A stretch of DNA of 64,000 nucleotides from Octopus sinensis. Its lineage: Eukaryota. This document shows positions 13,826 through 27,696 of the stretch, in pieces. The notes under the pieces were generated by a model. The model was given only the letters and a program-made list of their open reading frames with translations, was not told the DNA's origin and did no database searches. The DNA lies in assembly GCF_006345805.1 (NCBI RefSeq), contig NC_043019.1:12275360-12339359 (forward strand), given 5' to 3'. Numbering within the stretch: the first letter of the stretch is position 1; each line of letters opens with the position of its first letter. The translations under genes and the position numbers were made by a program.

Positions 13826-14808
13826 TGTATGGAATAGGCAACACAGCTTGGCCAAACAGTTAAGAAATTCACTCTGCATTCACAAAGTCCCAAGTTCACT
13901 TCCTCTGAGTGACTCAAAAAAATCAACCCAAACTTTGTGATTGACAATTGAGTTGACAGAGAAATCATGTGGATACCTGATGAATGGAACCATACCCATA
14001 ATTCAAATCTCTAGTCTCACATTGACACACATTGTGTCCTGCTGATTCTGCATGAAAATAACGTTAAGAGTACATGTGTGTCTGTGGAAGCATTCGGCCA
14101 CAATTATGTTAATACAATGAGCGATGCCCACCCCCGACCAATTTCAAAACGAGGTAATTAATCTCCCTGTTTATTGAACAACAAACTGGCTAGGCATAAT
14201 AATGTGAAGAATTGGAAGTAATTGACATTATTCTTTTACTCAGGCGACGAGCTGGCAGAAGCGTTAGCACGCCGGGCGAAATGCTTAGCGGTATTTCGTT
14301 TGTCTTTATGTTCTGAGTTCAAATTTCGCCGAGGTCAACTTTACCTTTCATCCTTTCGGGGTCGATAAATTAAGTACCGGTTGCATACTGGGGTCGATCT
14401 AATTGACTGTCCCCCCCACCTGCCCCAAAATTTCGGGCCTTGTGCCTAGAGTAGAAAAGATTATTCTTTTACTCTTTTATTCTTTTACTTGTTTCAGTCA
14501 TCTTAAAGGATTGTTTAGTCGAAGAAATCGACCCCAGGACTTATTCTTTATAAAGCCTAATACTTATTCTATCGGTTTTCTTTTTGCTGGATCACTAAGC
14601 TACAGGGATATAAACACACCAACATTGGTTGCCAAGCAACGGTGGGGCGATAAACACAAACACACATAAATATATACGTACATGCATACATACATACATA
14701 CATACATACAAACACATACATGTATGTATATATATATATAAAATAAAATACAATGTATGCTGTGATGTGATGTGATGTGGTTTCTACAACACTGGATGCC
14801 ATTTTTAA

Positions 14809-15080
14809 CAGGGCTGTGGAGTCTGAGCCTGAAACAATTAAGGGGTAGCTGGAGTCAGAGTCTGTAAAACTTTACTGACTCTGATTCCAAGTCACAATAT
14901 CTTTATTCTTTAATATAAACCAGTTATAACATATAAGCCTATTCAAAGACATGCATATGCTTTATGAGATATGGAGACCACAATCACTTAATTTCATAAA
15001 GAGGAGTCAGAGTCAAAGGTGCCAATGGTACAGGAGTCAAAATCAGAATCGAAGTTTTTCGTTTCGACTCCACAGCCCTG
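14809..15080. mobile_element. hAT-like MITE
   Basis: TIR CAGGGCTGTGGAGTC / GACTCCACAGCCCTG. Imperfect 8-bp TSD atttttaa / ctttttac. Confidence 0.75.
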
Positions 15081-15431
15081 CTTTTTACGATCAACCGCTT
15101 TACAAAGTGTGCTAGGTGCACTTTTTTTTCTACATGGCTCCACCCCTAGTGATGATCTCCTTCAGCCTCATATGATTCGTTATTGTACATCTGTGTGTGT
15201 GGTGTGGTTTGTAGTTGGGTGACGTAGGGGATAACTGGAAAGACGAATAAGTGGGTCACCCCTCTGGATCGGTCACCCCTCATCGTTCTGCCAACCACCG
15301 ACTTGCTATACATTCAGTCAATCAGGACTGTTGTTTTGGAGCCATCAACCATTATCACCAGCGCCACTACCATCAATGCCATTGCCATGAGAACCATCTT
15401 CATTTGCATTACAACCCCCCTTACCATCATA

Positions 15432-16218
15432 CCTATTTCTTTACTACCCACAAGGGGCTAAACATAGAGGGTACAAACAAGGACAGGCAAACGGATTAAG
15501 TGGATTATATCGACCCCAGTGCGTAACTGGTACTTAATTCATTGACCCCGAAAGGATGAAAGGCAAAGTCGACCTCGACGGAATTTGAACTCACAATGTA
15601 ACGACAGACGAAATACCTATTTCTTTACTACCCACAAGGGGCTAAACATCGAGGGGACAAACAAGGACAGACAAACGGATTAAGTGGATTATATCGACCC
15701 CAGTGCGTAACTGGTACTTAATTCATCGACCCCGAAAGGATGAAAGGCAAAGTCGACCTCGACGGAATTTGAACTCAGAACGTAACGACAGACGAAATAC
15801 CTATTTCTTTACTACCCACAAGGGGCTAAACATCGAGGGGACAAACAAGGACAGGCAAACGGATTAAGTGGATTATATCGACCCCAGTGCGTAACTGGTA
15901 CTTAATTCATTGACCCCGAAGGGATGAAAGGCAAAGTCGACCTCGGCGGAATTTGAATTCAGAACATAAAGACAGATGAAATACCTATTTCTTTACTACC
16001 CACAAGGGGCTAAACATAGAGGGTACAAACAAGGACAGACAAACGGATTAAGTGGATTATATCGACCCCAGTGCGTAACTGGTACTTAATTCATTGACCC
16101 CGAAAGGATGAAAGGCAAAGTCGACCTCGACGGAATTTGAACTCACAATGTAACGACAGACGAAATATGGCTACGCATTTCGCCCGGCGTGCTGACGGTT
16201 CTGCCAGCTTTCCACCTT
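15432..16218 (-). repeat. SINE family B tetramer (4 x 184 bp plus one head)
   Basis: Units start at 15432, 15616, 15800 and 15984. Confidence 0.9.
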
Positions 16219-18690
16219 CACAATCATCTCCACATATTCCTTTTACTTTCTGACTTCCACTGTTTTATATTATCTGCTTCATCTTAGTTAAAACTTGCTC
16301 ACACACACACACACACACACTTTATGTACACTTGTATGCTTTGTCAGATGCTCTTGCAAGTGTACACTGTAGCATGCACCCTATGACATGCTTGCACTCA
16401 GGTACACTTGTACTACATATGCACGCTAGTAGACAAGCACCGTAGGATATACACACTCTATGATGTGTGAGGTCTGGGACACACCCTTGAGTATGCATAA
16501 GCGCATAAGGGACATACACATACACCGCACTCTCTCTAGAACATGTGAGCACTGGAACATATACACACACAAGCATTCACTCCAAGAAACGTGCAGTTGA
16601 GGACGGACACACTCTATTAGAACATGTGAGGTCTGGAGTACACACACACACACACACACAAACACTCTAAGAAATATGCTGTCCAAGACACACACATGCA
16701 GTCGAGTACACACACACCCAACACACACATGCACTCTAGGAAATGTGAAGTCTCGGACACGTGCACACAAGGATGTGTGAGGTCTGGAGTACATGCACAC
16801 CACACACATACAACACATGCATGCATTGTAGGACACACGCACCCAAGGATGTGTGAGGTCTAGCATGTGCGTGCTCTAAGGTGTGAGGTGTGAAGCACAT
16901 GCACTTTAAAAAGCCACGTGCACAATGTTATGCATACATTTTGGTACACCCACACTTGTGCACATACACTATGGTGAGCATACACTATGGTGAGCATACA
17001 GTATGGTTCACGTACACTCTAATACTGTCACACACAGTCTTTCACATGTAGTCTTTCTCTTTCTCACTCATACACACACACACACACCATAGTCTCACAC
17101 ACACACGCACACACTTACAATCTCTCTCTCTCTCTCTCTTCCTCTCTCATACACAATTGTACAGTCTCTCTCTCTTACACCATATAGTGTGTCACACATA
17201 CACACACACACATATACATACACACATGCACACAGTTGTACAGTCTCTCTCTCACACACACTTACCATACAGTCTCTCTCTCACACACTCACACAGTCTC
17301 TCTCTCACATGTACACACACGCACTCACGCATATACCATAGTCTCTCTCACTCACATACACACACTCTCTAACAGTCTCTCTCTCTCTCTCTCTTACACA
17401 CAATTGTACAGTCTCTCTCTCTCTCTCACACATCATACAGTCTGTCACAAACATACACACACACACACACACACAGTTGTTCAGTTTTTCTCTCACACAC
17501 TCACACACACAATACAGTCTCACTCACATGTACACACACACACACACACACACATAACCTTACAGTCTCTATCTCACACACAACTGTATAGTTTCTCTCT
17601 TACTCTCTTCAGCCACCTCACCCTTCCTCTCTATCAGTTGCTCTCCTTACAGTTTGTCCATGGTTTCTGCGTCTTTCAGTTTATTCCTTCACGGTGTCCA
17701 TCTGGTCTTACTTCACACCTCATCTTGTTAGCGTCAGAGACAGGAACCCCTCACAGCCATCCGGTGGCTCTGTGGCATTGCTGTCATTATATGGTTGAGC
17801 TTTTATTCAGATTAACATATTCATATTTATTGTCTCCATAATTTTTCTGTCTTGGATGAGGAGCTGGTGGTGGTGGAGGGGTCTAGAGATATAGAGCAAG
17901 GTATGTCGAGAGAGAGAGAGAGAAAACAATAAGAGTGGTGGAGAGATGATGAGATAAACTGAGAGGAAAGATCATGACAGATAGAGAGATAAATAAAGGA
18001 CAGAGATTGTGAGTGAGAGACAGATAAAGTATAGAGATAATTTGTGTGTATGAGAGAGAGAGAGAAAGGATGTTAGCTGGGTTGATATATAGATAGATAG
18101 ATAGATAGATGGAGGTGTGTGAGAGAGAGCGTGAGACAGGTTGATATATAGGTGAGACAGTGAACGAGTGAGTGAGACAGAGATAATGTGAGATGGGTTG
18201 ATAGGGTGTGTGCGTGTGTGTGTGTGAGGGGAAAGAGAGAAAGGTGGGTTTCGAGAGATAGGTAAGCAGATGATAAGAGAGATAGGTGAACTGGGCTTAT
18301 GAGATTGGTGAGTTAAGTAGATGGGAGGAGTTGGAGGTGGGGTTGGGGGCGGGGGTTGTATGTGTATGTTTGTTGGGGTGGGTTGTTGGTATTGGCGATA
18401 GGTTTTTGATATTTACAAAGTTGATTTGTCTGTCTCTATCCAATAGGCTGTGTGCCAATGTACTGAAATGAGTGTAGCTACACGACTGAGTGTAATACAA
18501 ACATCAACAACAACAGACTGAAAATATAACAAAATGTGTGTGTATGTATGTATATATGTATGTATATATATATATATATATATATTTATATAAAATATCG
18601 TTTAATGTCTGCTTTCCGTGCTAGCATGGGTTGGACGATTTGACTGAAGTCTGGCGAACCAGATGGCTGCACCAGACTCCAATCTGATCT

Positions 18691-18844
18691 CCCTATCGCT
18701 GCTGGAATAGGGAGTGGTTGGAGATGACATGGTCGTTAGCCTCAAATCGCCAGGCCTGGTCGGCGTTTGTGAGAGATGCAGCATTGAGGATGAATGACGC
18801 CAGCTCAACCCACCCCGGGTGAATGCTGTCTCAAGACAAGAAGG
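18691..18844 (+). mobile_element. 5'-truncated copy of the same RTE-like LINE
   Basis: Matches 26290-26420. 9-bp TSD atctgatct (18682-18690, 18845-18853). Nested in an (ATG)n-tail repeat. Confidence 0.75.
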
Positions 18845-19385
18845 ATCTGATCTGGCAGAGTTTCTACAGCTTGATGCCCTTCCTAACGCCAACCACTCCG
18901 AGAGTGTAGTGGGTACTTTTATGTGCCACCGGCATGAGGGCCAGTCAGGCAGTACTGGCAACGGCCACGCTCAAATGGTGCTTTTTACGTGCCACCTGCA
19001 CAGGAGCCAGTCCAGGTGCAATGGACATTGGTGTTTTGCTATTTTTGTGGCTTATCAACATCATGTACCTGAACTGAACCTGAGGTAGATTGAATAGCCA
19101 GTCCATGGGAATATGTAAAATGGTTTCAAATCCATCTTCTGGTAGCCTGAACAATGCACATGTAGGATCAGATTAGAAGCAGAATGAGCATTGTAAACAT
19201 TGTCGAACATGCATACATAATGTATCTACTTTGCTTGTTTGCTTGTCAGCTGTGATTTGATATAGTGGAGATGACCCTCTCAAAGCACTGGGTGTTAAAA
19301 CACCTGAAAGGCAACACTTAATATAAACAGAGGTGACACTTAACAAATATAAACTCTGAGAGCTGCCTAACCCCATCCTGCAGTA

Positions 19386-19613
19386 TTAACCCTTTCGTGA
19401 CCAACCCGGCTGAAACCGGCTCTGGCTCTGAGTACAAATGTCTTGTTTTCATAAATTTTGAATCAAAATCTTCCACCAAACCTTTGTCACAATTTATGTT
19501 CCTAACACCAGCTTAACGATAACTAAGTTATTTTACTAAATTCTTTGTTATATTTAAAGTAATTGAAAGAAGCACAGAGCATCTCAAAATAAATACAGTA
19601 GCGAAAGGGTTAA
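19386..19613. mobile_element. piggyBac-like MITE family 2
   Basis: TTAA|CCCTTTCG...CGAAAGGG|TTAA. Diverged copy at ~1479-1705. Confidence 0.85.
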
Positions 19614-20289
19614 GTCATAAATTTCCACAATTACTGGGTTTAAAGCAATAACTTTTATCATCTTTTTTTAACTGAAGAACTTGAAGTAGGTAATGCTATA
19701 CAAAATAGCATGTAACACGAAAGGGTTTTTTAGCTCATCATTTGCTTGCTGTTTTTTTCATAGCTTTATCTACATTGAGTTCTATGATTAGAAAAAAAAA
19801 CAAAAAAACTTCATGTTCTCAATGTATATATTTTCATGACATATACAATATCTTTTAATTATGAAGCTGTACTTTCCAGGCAAGTAATTTGATCCGAAAT
19901 CATGTGTTGAAAATAAAATGATTGCATGGAGGACATGTATCAGTCATTCAAAAAACCCGCAGAGACTGTTAACTTCTCTTAAACACTGATTGTTTCTGAG
20001 CAACGAAAATTTTAACACTATACTACAAACAATAAGTGCTTAAGTCTTTAACATTCAGATTACACTGTCAAATATTAAGCTTATTTATTCATATTATTTT
20101 GAATTCCTTATTCATTATCTCGTAGCTTTGAGATTTCGATTATATCATCATCGTCGTCATCATTTAACGTCCATTTTCCATTTTGGTATGGGTTTGATGG
20201 TTTGACTGACATCAGGCTCCAGTCAGTTTTCACTGGGATTCTATGAGTGGATGCCCTTCTTATTGTCAGCCACTTTACAGAGTGTACCA

Positions 20290-20875
20290 GGTGCCTTCCA
20301 TGTGTTGCTGGCATGGGTGCCTTCCATGTGTCGCTGGCACGGGTGCCTTCCATGTGTTGCTGGCACGGGTGCCTTCCATGTGTTGCAGGCACGGGTGCCT
20401 TCCATGTGTCGCTGGCACGGGTGCTTTTCATGTGTCACTGGCACGAGTGCCTTTCACGTATCACCAGCATGGGTGCCTGTCACATGTCACTGGCACAGGT
20501 GCTTTTCATGTGTCACCAGCACTGTTGCCGTTCATGTATCACCAGCACAGGTGCCCCTCGTGTTGCGGGTACAGATAGGTGCCTTTCATGTATTACTGGT
20601 ATGCAACATGGCTATGTTTTAGATGTCACCAACACCGGCACCTTTTATGTGTCACTGGCATGGGTGCCTCTCACATGTCACCAGTATAAGTGCCTTTCAT
20701 GTGTCACTAGGCCATGGCATGGTTGCGTTTTACATGTCACTGGTGCTTTTCATGCATCACCGGCACAGGTGCCTTTTACATGTCCCCAGCACAGGCACTG
20801 GTGCTTTTGCACGTCACCAGAACGACTGCCTTTCCTGTGTCACTAGCATTGGTGCCTTTTACGTGTCACTGGCAT
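20290..20875. repeat. 26-bp minisatellite (~22 units)
   Basis: Unit gggtgccttccatgtgtcgctggcac at 20315, 20341, 20367 and on, decaying rightwards. Confidence 0.85.
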
Positions 20876-21854
20876 GTTTATTTGTAATTTGATATTGTAG
20901 GATAGGTATGAGAGGCCAGATCTGGCCAGTCTGAATGTGAAACGGGTAAAATATTTAGGCTGGATATGGCCAAGGGCTAAGTGAAGTGAAGTTAAGTCTG
21001 TGTGTTTCTGAATGGTTAACATGTCTCATTGATGCTGTAGTGTCTTTTATACTTTTCCCTAAAGTATTATTGATAAAACTGTATCGTAACAGATATGTTG
21101 CTGGTTAGTGGGCCCAGGTCAGTTCTATTCAAGCAGACCTTTGAGCAAAGGCATTCCAGTCATGGCCATCATGTTTTTTTTTTTTGTCTTCTTATACATA
21201 GTAAGTAAATTCAGGGCTCTGACATCCAACCTGTACTTCTGATGATTAGAGCATAATTAGAAAGATTTCACTGCTATTTCTAGCATTTTTAGCTGCCATG
21301 TGGAGAATCTCTTGTTGATGCATATTGTGACACAAATTAATGAAATATGTACTTCATTTTTAAGATGATTAGGACATGGTTTGAGGAAGATTTCACTGCT
21401 ATTTCTAGCGTTTGAAGCTACCATGCAGAGAGGCTTATTGCATGTACTTCCTTTTTAAAATGATGAGGGCATGATTTGAAGAAGATTTCATTACTGTTTT
21501 TAGCATTTCAAGCTACCATGTTGAAGGTCTCTTGTTGGTGCGTGTTGTGACTGAAATTCATGAAATGCCATCAATTTAATTTTTGAAGTGATTAGAGCAT
21601 AATTGGCAGACGATTTCACTGCTATTTCTAGCACTTCGAGCTGTTGTGTAGAGGAGGGTCCTTCGTTAGTGCCTGTTATGGTGAAGTTGTGATAGAAATT
21701 AATGAAATTTACTCTATGCTATATTTAGCAATAGTCTTGGACTGACAGACACCTTGAGTGGAATTTCTGCAGAAGTCAATTTGTATGCACACACACACAC
21801 ACACACACACACGTTCTCAAGGCTTTGTGCAACTTCTGCCTGTTATATACATAT

Positions 21855-22088
21855 CTATTTCTTTATTACCCACAAGGGGCTAAACACAGAGGGGACAAAC
21901 AAGAACAGACAAACAGATTAAGTCGATTATATCGACCCCATTGCGTAACTGGTACTTAATTTATCGACCCCGAAAGGATGAAAGGCAAAGTTGACCTCGG
22001 CGGAATTTGAACTCAGTACGTAACGGCAGACAAAATACGGCTACGCATTTCGCCCGGCATGCTAACGTTTCTGCCAGCTCGCTGCCCT
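21855..22088 (-). mobile_element. SINE family B monomer
   Basis: Full copy flanked by tgttatata. Confidence 0.85.
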
Positions 22089-22092
22089 AATG

Positions 22093-22136
<44 letters not shown>

Positions 22137-22498
22137 TCATCATCATCATATATTCTCATCAGTCTGATGGAATTTGTTAAGGCAGATTAAGGCCAGATGC
22201 CCTTTCTGTTGCTGGCCCACTGTTATTTCTGAGCAAGATGTATACCCATGGCTGGACATGTTTTTGTGGAACATTGGTAATGAACAGCATTGCATATATG
22301 ATGATGATGATGCTCATTTTCAACCATTGTGTGATGTCCAAGACAAGGGAGACACACAAATATACATACATATAAAGGTAGGCACAGGTGTGGTTGTGTG
22401 GTAAGAAGTTCGCTTCCCTACCACATGATTCTAGGTTCAGTCCCACTGTCTGGCACTTTGGGCAAGTGTCTACTGTAGCCTAGGGCAACCAAAACCTT

Positions 22499-22890
22499 TA
22501 GGCGTAGGAGTGGCTGTGTGGTAAGTAGCTTGCTTACCGACCACATGGTTCAGGGTTCAGCCCAACTATGTGGCACCTTGGGCAGGTGTCTTCTACTATA
22601 GCCTGGGGCCGACCAAAGCCTTGTGAGTGGATTTGGTAGATGGAAACTGAAAGAAGCCTGTTGTATATATGTATATATATGTATGTGTTTGTGTGTCTGT
22701 TTGTCCTCCCAACATCGCTTGACAACCGATGTTGGTATGTTTACGTCCCCATAACTTAGCGGTTCAGCAAAAGAGACCGATAGAATAAGTACTAGGCTTC
22801 CAAAGAATAAGTCCTGGGGTTGATTTGCTCGACTAAAGGCGGTGCTCCAGCATGGCCACAGTCAAATGACTGAAACAAGTAAAAGAGTAA
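22499..22890 (+). mobile_element. SINE family A nested in an older copy
   Basis: Full copy interrupting a diverged copy (22378-23110). Confidence 0.8.
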
Positions 22891-23701
22891 GCCTGTCATA
22901 TATATATATATTTATGTGTGTTTTTGTGTCTGTTTTAGTTTCCCAATCATTGCTTGACAACCGATGCTCTGTGTGTTTATGTCCCTGTAACTTAGTGGTT
23001 CAGCAAAAGGAACTGATAGGATAAGTACTTGGGTTGGTTTCTACGACTAAAACCCCTGTAAGGTAGTGGTGCTCCAGCATGGCTACAATCAAACGATTGA
23101 AACAAGTAATAGAATATATGTACAGGTTGTCATCAACTAGTTGAAGACACTTGCCTGAGGTACCATGCAATGGGACTGAACCCAAAGCCACATGGTTGGG
23201 AAGTAAACTTCTTAACCACACAGCTGTGCCTGTTCTAGAGTTACAAAAAGCCAGAACGATCTCAGCTTGAAAACCTTTGGTCATAGATCTGCTCAGTAAG
23301 AGTTGACCTAGGGTTAAACAGTAGCCACCTCCGAGTGTGAAGTGAACATTTTGTAGTCCGTCACTGGTGATGTGTCGTGTGTATCTGGTGAAGCACTGAG
23401 AATTGATAAGTGATTCATCGGTTTTGAGTACTTCCTGTAATAGACCAACATCCTAACTGTATCCTCTGATTTGTCTACTTGACATGACGACGGTTACCAG
23501 AGCTGAGCACCATCTTGAGGACAGTGGCAGTGGAAGGGAAATGAAATCATTTCAAACTATGGATTGATATTTGAATTGTAGAACAGGCTTCACCGGGAGC
23601 TTCTTGCTTCGTCTTGCTCTAATTAAATACAATCAGTAACAGAATAAGAAATATGAGAATTTATTGGGGAAAAAAAACAACCTTATAAGCAACAACACAT
23701 T

Positions 23702-24087
23702 CTTTTATTTGTTTCAGTCATTTTGACTGTGGCCATGCTGGAGCACCGCCTTTAGTCGAGCAAATCGACCCCAGGACTTATTCTTTGTAAGCCTAGTACT
23801 TATTCTATCGGACTCTTTTGCCAAACTGCTAAGTTATGGGGATGTAAACACATTGGTTGTCAAGTGGTGTTGCAGGGACAAACACACACATACATACACA
23901 TACACACACACACACCACACACACACACACACACACACCACACACACACACACACACATATGCATATACACGACGGGCTTCTTTCAGTTTCCGTCTACCA
24001 AATCCACTCACAAGGCTTTGGTCGGCCCGAGGCTATAGTAGAAGACACTTGCCCAAGATGCCACGCAGTGGAACTGAACCCGGAACT
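23702..24087 (-). mobile_element. SINE family A, head truncated
   Basis: Matches the consensus up to the B box. Confidence 0.8.
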
Positions 24088-24549
24088 ATTTCAACAAACT
24101 TTTTGTTTTGTTTTTGGACACATCGAATGTATATCGTGTCATAGAGATACAAATTTTTCTTTCATTTAAGTCTTTCTGCTGTTTTCGCGACTATATTGCA
24201 TTCAAAATATTACTTTCTCGTCCTGTAAATTTTTTGTGCTGAATTAATTTTAGGTAGAATTATGAAATATTTTGTCCTGATGTCATGGAAGTAAATCAAA
24301 CATGTTTTCACGGTCTGATAGTTATTGAAGAATTTTGCTGCGTATCACATTTAGTAAATGGTTCAGTACTTCACTGAAGTGCCGGTATGTCTTGGATGAA
24401 AGTATAGAAGCAAGCTGCAACTGCAGCAGTGAAATAGCTGAGTGGTTTAAATATTAAACCTCATTGAAGCATCAGAAAATGTTGATCCTGTTAAAAGATG
24501 ACGGAAGCAGATACTAAACTGGTTACTTGTGTGACTTTTACACTGATAC

Positions 24550-24819
24550 AGTTTTCTATGTTGTTTAGTCCTAGGTTGGTCCTCAGTGAGCAGATTGCTG
24601 ATCAAAGGCATTCCAGTCGTGACCATTCCACATTTTTTTTTATTAAAAAAATTTTTTTTTTTGCTGGCTTTATGCATCAAAGTTTTCTATGTTGTTTAGT
24701 CCTAGGTTGGTCCTCAGTGAGCAGACTGATGATGAAAGGCATTCCAGTCGTGACCATTCCACCTTTTTTTTTATTATTAAAAAAAAAATTTTTTTTTTTG
24801 CTGGCTTTATGCATCAAAG
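24550..24819. repeat. Tandem duplication, period ~131 bp
   Basis: Copies start at 24550 and 24681. Confidence 0.85.
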
Positions 24820-26164
24820 ACTATCCATTGCATTCTTCCCATTTTTGAGACCATTAAATCTGGGTCAAAGGAGGTTTGGATGTTACCTTCTACTTGTTTT
24901 AGTCATTAGACTCTGGCCATGCTGGGGCACTGCCTTGAAGAATTTCTAGTTGCATGAACCAACTCCAGCACTTATTTTTTAAAGCCTGGTGTACTTATTC
25001 TGTCAGTCTCTTTTATCAAACCACATAGTCACAGGGACATAAACACACCAACACCAGTTGTCAGGTTGTGACGGGGGGACAGACACAGAGACATATACAC
25101 TTAGATATATATGATAGGTTTCTTTCAGTTTCCATCTACCAAATCCACTCACAAGGCTTTGGTCAGCTTGAGGCTATAGTAGAAGATATCCAAGGTGCCA
25201 TGTAGTGGGACTGAACCCAGAATCATGTGGTTGGGAAGAAAACTTCTTATCAGACACAGCCATGCCTTCACCTATTATTTAACCCTACAGCATTCAGATC
25301 ATTCTGTCAAATGTAATGCTTATATATTCACAGCAAGATACCTGTACCTCTGTCTGTCTCACTCTAACCTTTTCATCATCACCTCCTCCAGTGCTTCCTC
25401 CCCTCTTAAAAGTTTTTGCCTTGCAAGTATTTAGTGACCCTGTCAGTGCAGGTGCCACTTAAAAGCACCCAGTCCACGCTGTAAAGCGGTTGGTGTTCGG
25501 AAGGGCATCCGACTGTAAAAACCTTGCCAAAACTGACCTCACCTGTGGATGTGCCACTAAAACAGCACTAAGTCCACTCTAAGTGGTTGGTGTTAGGAAG
25601 GGCACCCAGCTGTAAAAATCCTGCCAAAACAGTCACAGATGTGTTTGTTGGTTTGTTGGTTTGTCCTTGGACAAGATATCTCAAGAACCACTGGATGGAT
25701 TCGGATGAAACTTTCAGGGATGTTTGGCCTCAGGACTGGCACGAGCTGATTAGATTTTGACATCGATGGTACCAGACAAGGATTCTGGATTATTTTTCCT
25801 ATTTTTTAAATTTTTGCAAGCAGTCGGGTTCATTTTTAGTATTCTCGTTTGTTAGAGCAGTTGAGTTTATTTCAGACATTCTCGTTTTAAAAGTTATCTC
25901 TGGATAATCATTGAGAGGACATTGGTGTTGCCTTGGCAGAAGTTTGTGCTCTTTCAGTGCTCTTGTTATTATTGTCGTTGTCAGGCGGTGAGCTGGCGAA
26001 ACCATTACTGACCCAGGCAAAATGCTTAGTGGCATTTCATCTGTCTTCATCTGTTCTAAGTTCAAATTCCACTGAGGCCAACTGCTTTTCATCCCCTCAA
26101 GGTTGATAAAATAAGTACCATTTGTGTACTGGGTTGAAGCAATTGCCCCAGTTCCCCTATGAAT

Positions 26165-26433
26165 CAATTGCCCCAGCTCCCCTTCAGGGTTGGCGAAAGC
26201 GATGTGGTGGACAGCAAAAAACCTGGCTGATAACAGTCAAGGCTGATCTGGAACCCAACCTAGGCCCCCATATCTATGGCGTTTGCCACAGGAATAAGGA
26301 GTGGTTGGAGATCACGCGGTCGTTAGCCTCAAATCGCCAGGCCTGGTCGGCGTTTGTAAGAGATGCCGCATTGAGGATGAATGAAGCCAGCTCAACCCAC
26401 CCCGGGTGAATGCTGTCTCAAGTCAAGTCAAGT
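26165..26433 (+). mobile_element. RTE-like LINE 3' fragment
   Basis: GWRKRCGGQQKTWLITVKADLE...LASNRQAWSAFVRDA followed by a (caagt)n tail. Shorter copy at 18691-18844. Confidence 0.75.
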
Positions 26434-27419
26434 CACAGGGGTTGGTGTAATCAACTAGCTCCCTTCCCTAAATTGCTGGCCTTGTGCAAAAATTTGAAGC
26501 CGATATGGACACAGAAGTTATAGGTTGGGGAGTGGGTGGAGAAAACAAAAAACACACTTTCAGTAGTTTTAATATATTCATATTTCAAGTGTTGAAATTA
26601 CTTAGTTGCCCTACTTTATCTATTTATTCCATTCTCTCTCTCTCTCTCCTCTCTCTCTCTCCCTCTTTGTGCCTCTTTCTTTCTCTTTTATGCCTCTCTC
26701 TCTTCCTCATTGCACCTCTCTCTCTCTCTTGTAGTATGCGGTAAGAAATTGAAGCTGAACCTCTGGAGTTATTAGCAACAACCGTAGTGGTATTGGTGTT
26801 GATGTCGGTACTTGTTTAGTAGTGGTGATGACGATGGAAGAGATGAGTGGATATATATTTAAATACATGTATATATATATATATATATATTCCGGTAGTT
26901 TACACACTTAAGCCCCACCCCCTCACCCCACTTCTCGCCCATCCTCAGTAGTGCAGAAACTTTGAGAAACTTTATTTCTATACTCTTATTCTGTGTATGT
27001 GTGTGTGTGTGTGTATGTGTGTGAGTGTATATATTATATATACATGTATGTATATTCTGAATCACGTGTGACTCAAGTTGCCAAAATTCCCAAATACCAT
27101 TACAAAGTTTTTGATGGTTGTGGTATGATGTGTGTGTATATATATATATGTGTGTGTGTGTATATATATATATATGTGTGTGTGTATATATATATATATG
27201 TGTGTGTGTATATATGTGTATATGTGTGTGTGTGTATATATATATGTGTATATATGTGTGTATATATATATGTGTATATATGTATGTATGTATATATGTA
27301 TATATGTATATCACCGTGACTGACCAGACCATCAGATGTTGCAACACATCGCTGGTCACAGTGCGCTTTGCATTGTTTTAGCTTTCAAATGACGCCACCC
27401 CGCTGGCTAAGCGAGCAGG

Positions 27420-27460
<41 letters not shown>

Positions 27461-27516
27461 GTGCATGCTTGTGTGTGTATGTATATATGTATACTTCGAA
27501 ACTAGCTGAGTGGACA

Positions 27517-27600
27517 GTCCCTGAAGAAGATGCACAGAAAATCATTCCTGGTTGCATGTGCAACTGCCTGTATTTTGTGCAGTGGAAACACGTGTAGGCC
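27517..27600 (+). ncRNA. Hammerhead ribozyme motif with extended stem II
   Basis: GTCC-CTGAAGA-(stem tgcacagaa/ttttgtgca with inner gttgca-tg-tgcaac hairpin)-GAA-ACACGTGT-A-GGCC. Canonical core, palindromic stem III, GUA triplet, one mismatch in stem I. Confidence 0.6.
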
Positions 27601-27696
27601 ATAAAAATATGCCGAATGAAATTATAAAATAAGAGGAAATAAATCTTGAGGCTGAACAAGTTTCCATATTCTATATTGTTATAATTATTGTTTATT

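Noticed and set aside
12926-13940. Long ORFs (up to 303 aa) on both strands
   Set aside because: Translations of a stop-free CA/CT microsatellite.
15432-16218. Regular array resembling CRISPR
   Set aside because: Whole 184-bp units repeat with no unique spacers, no cas genes, and eukaryotic SINE origin.
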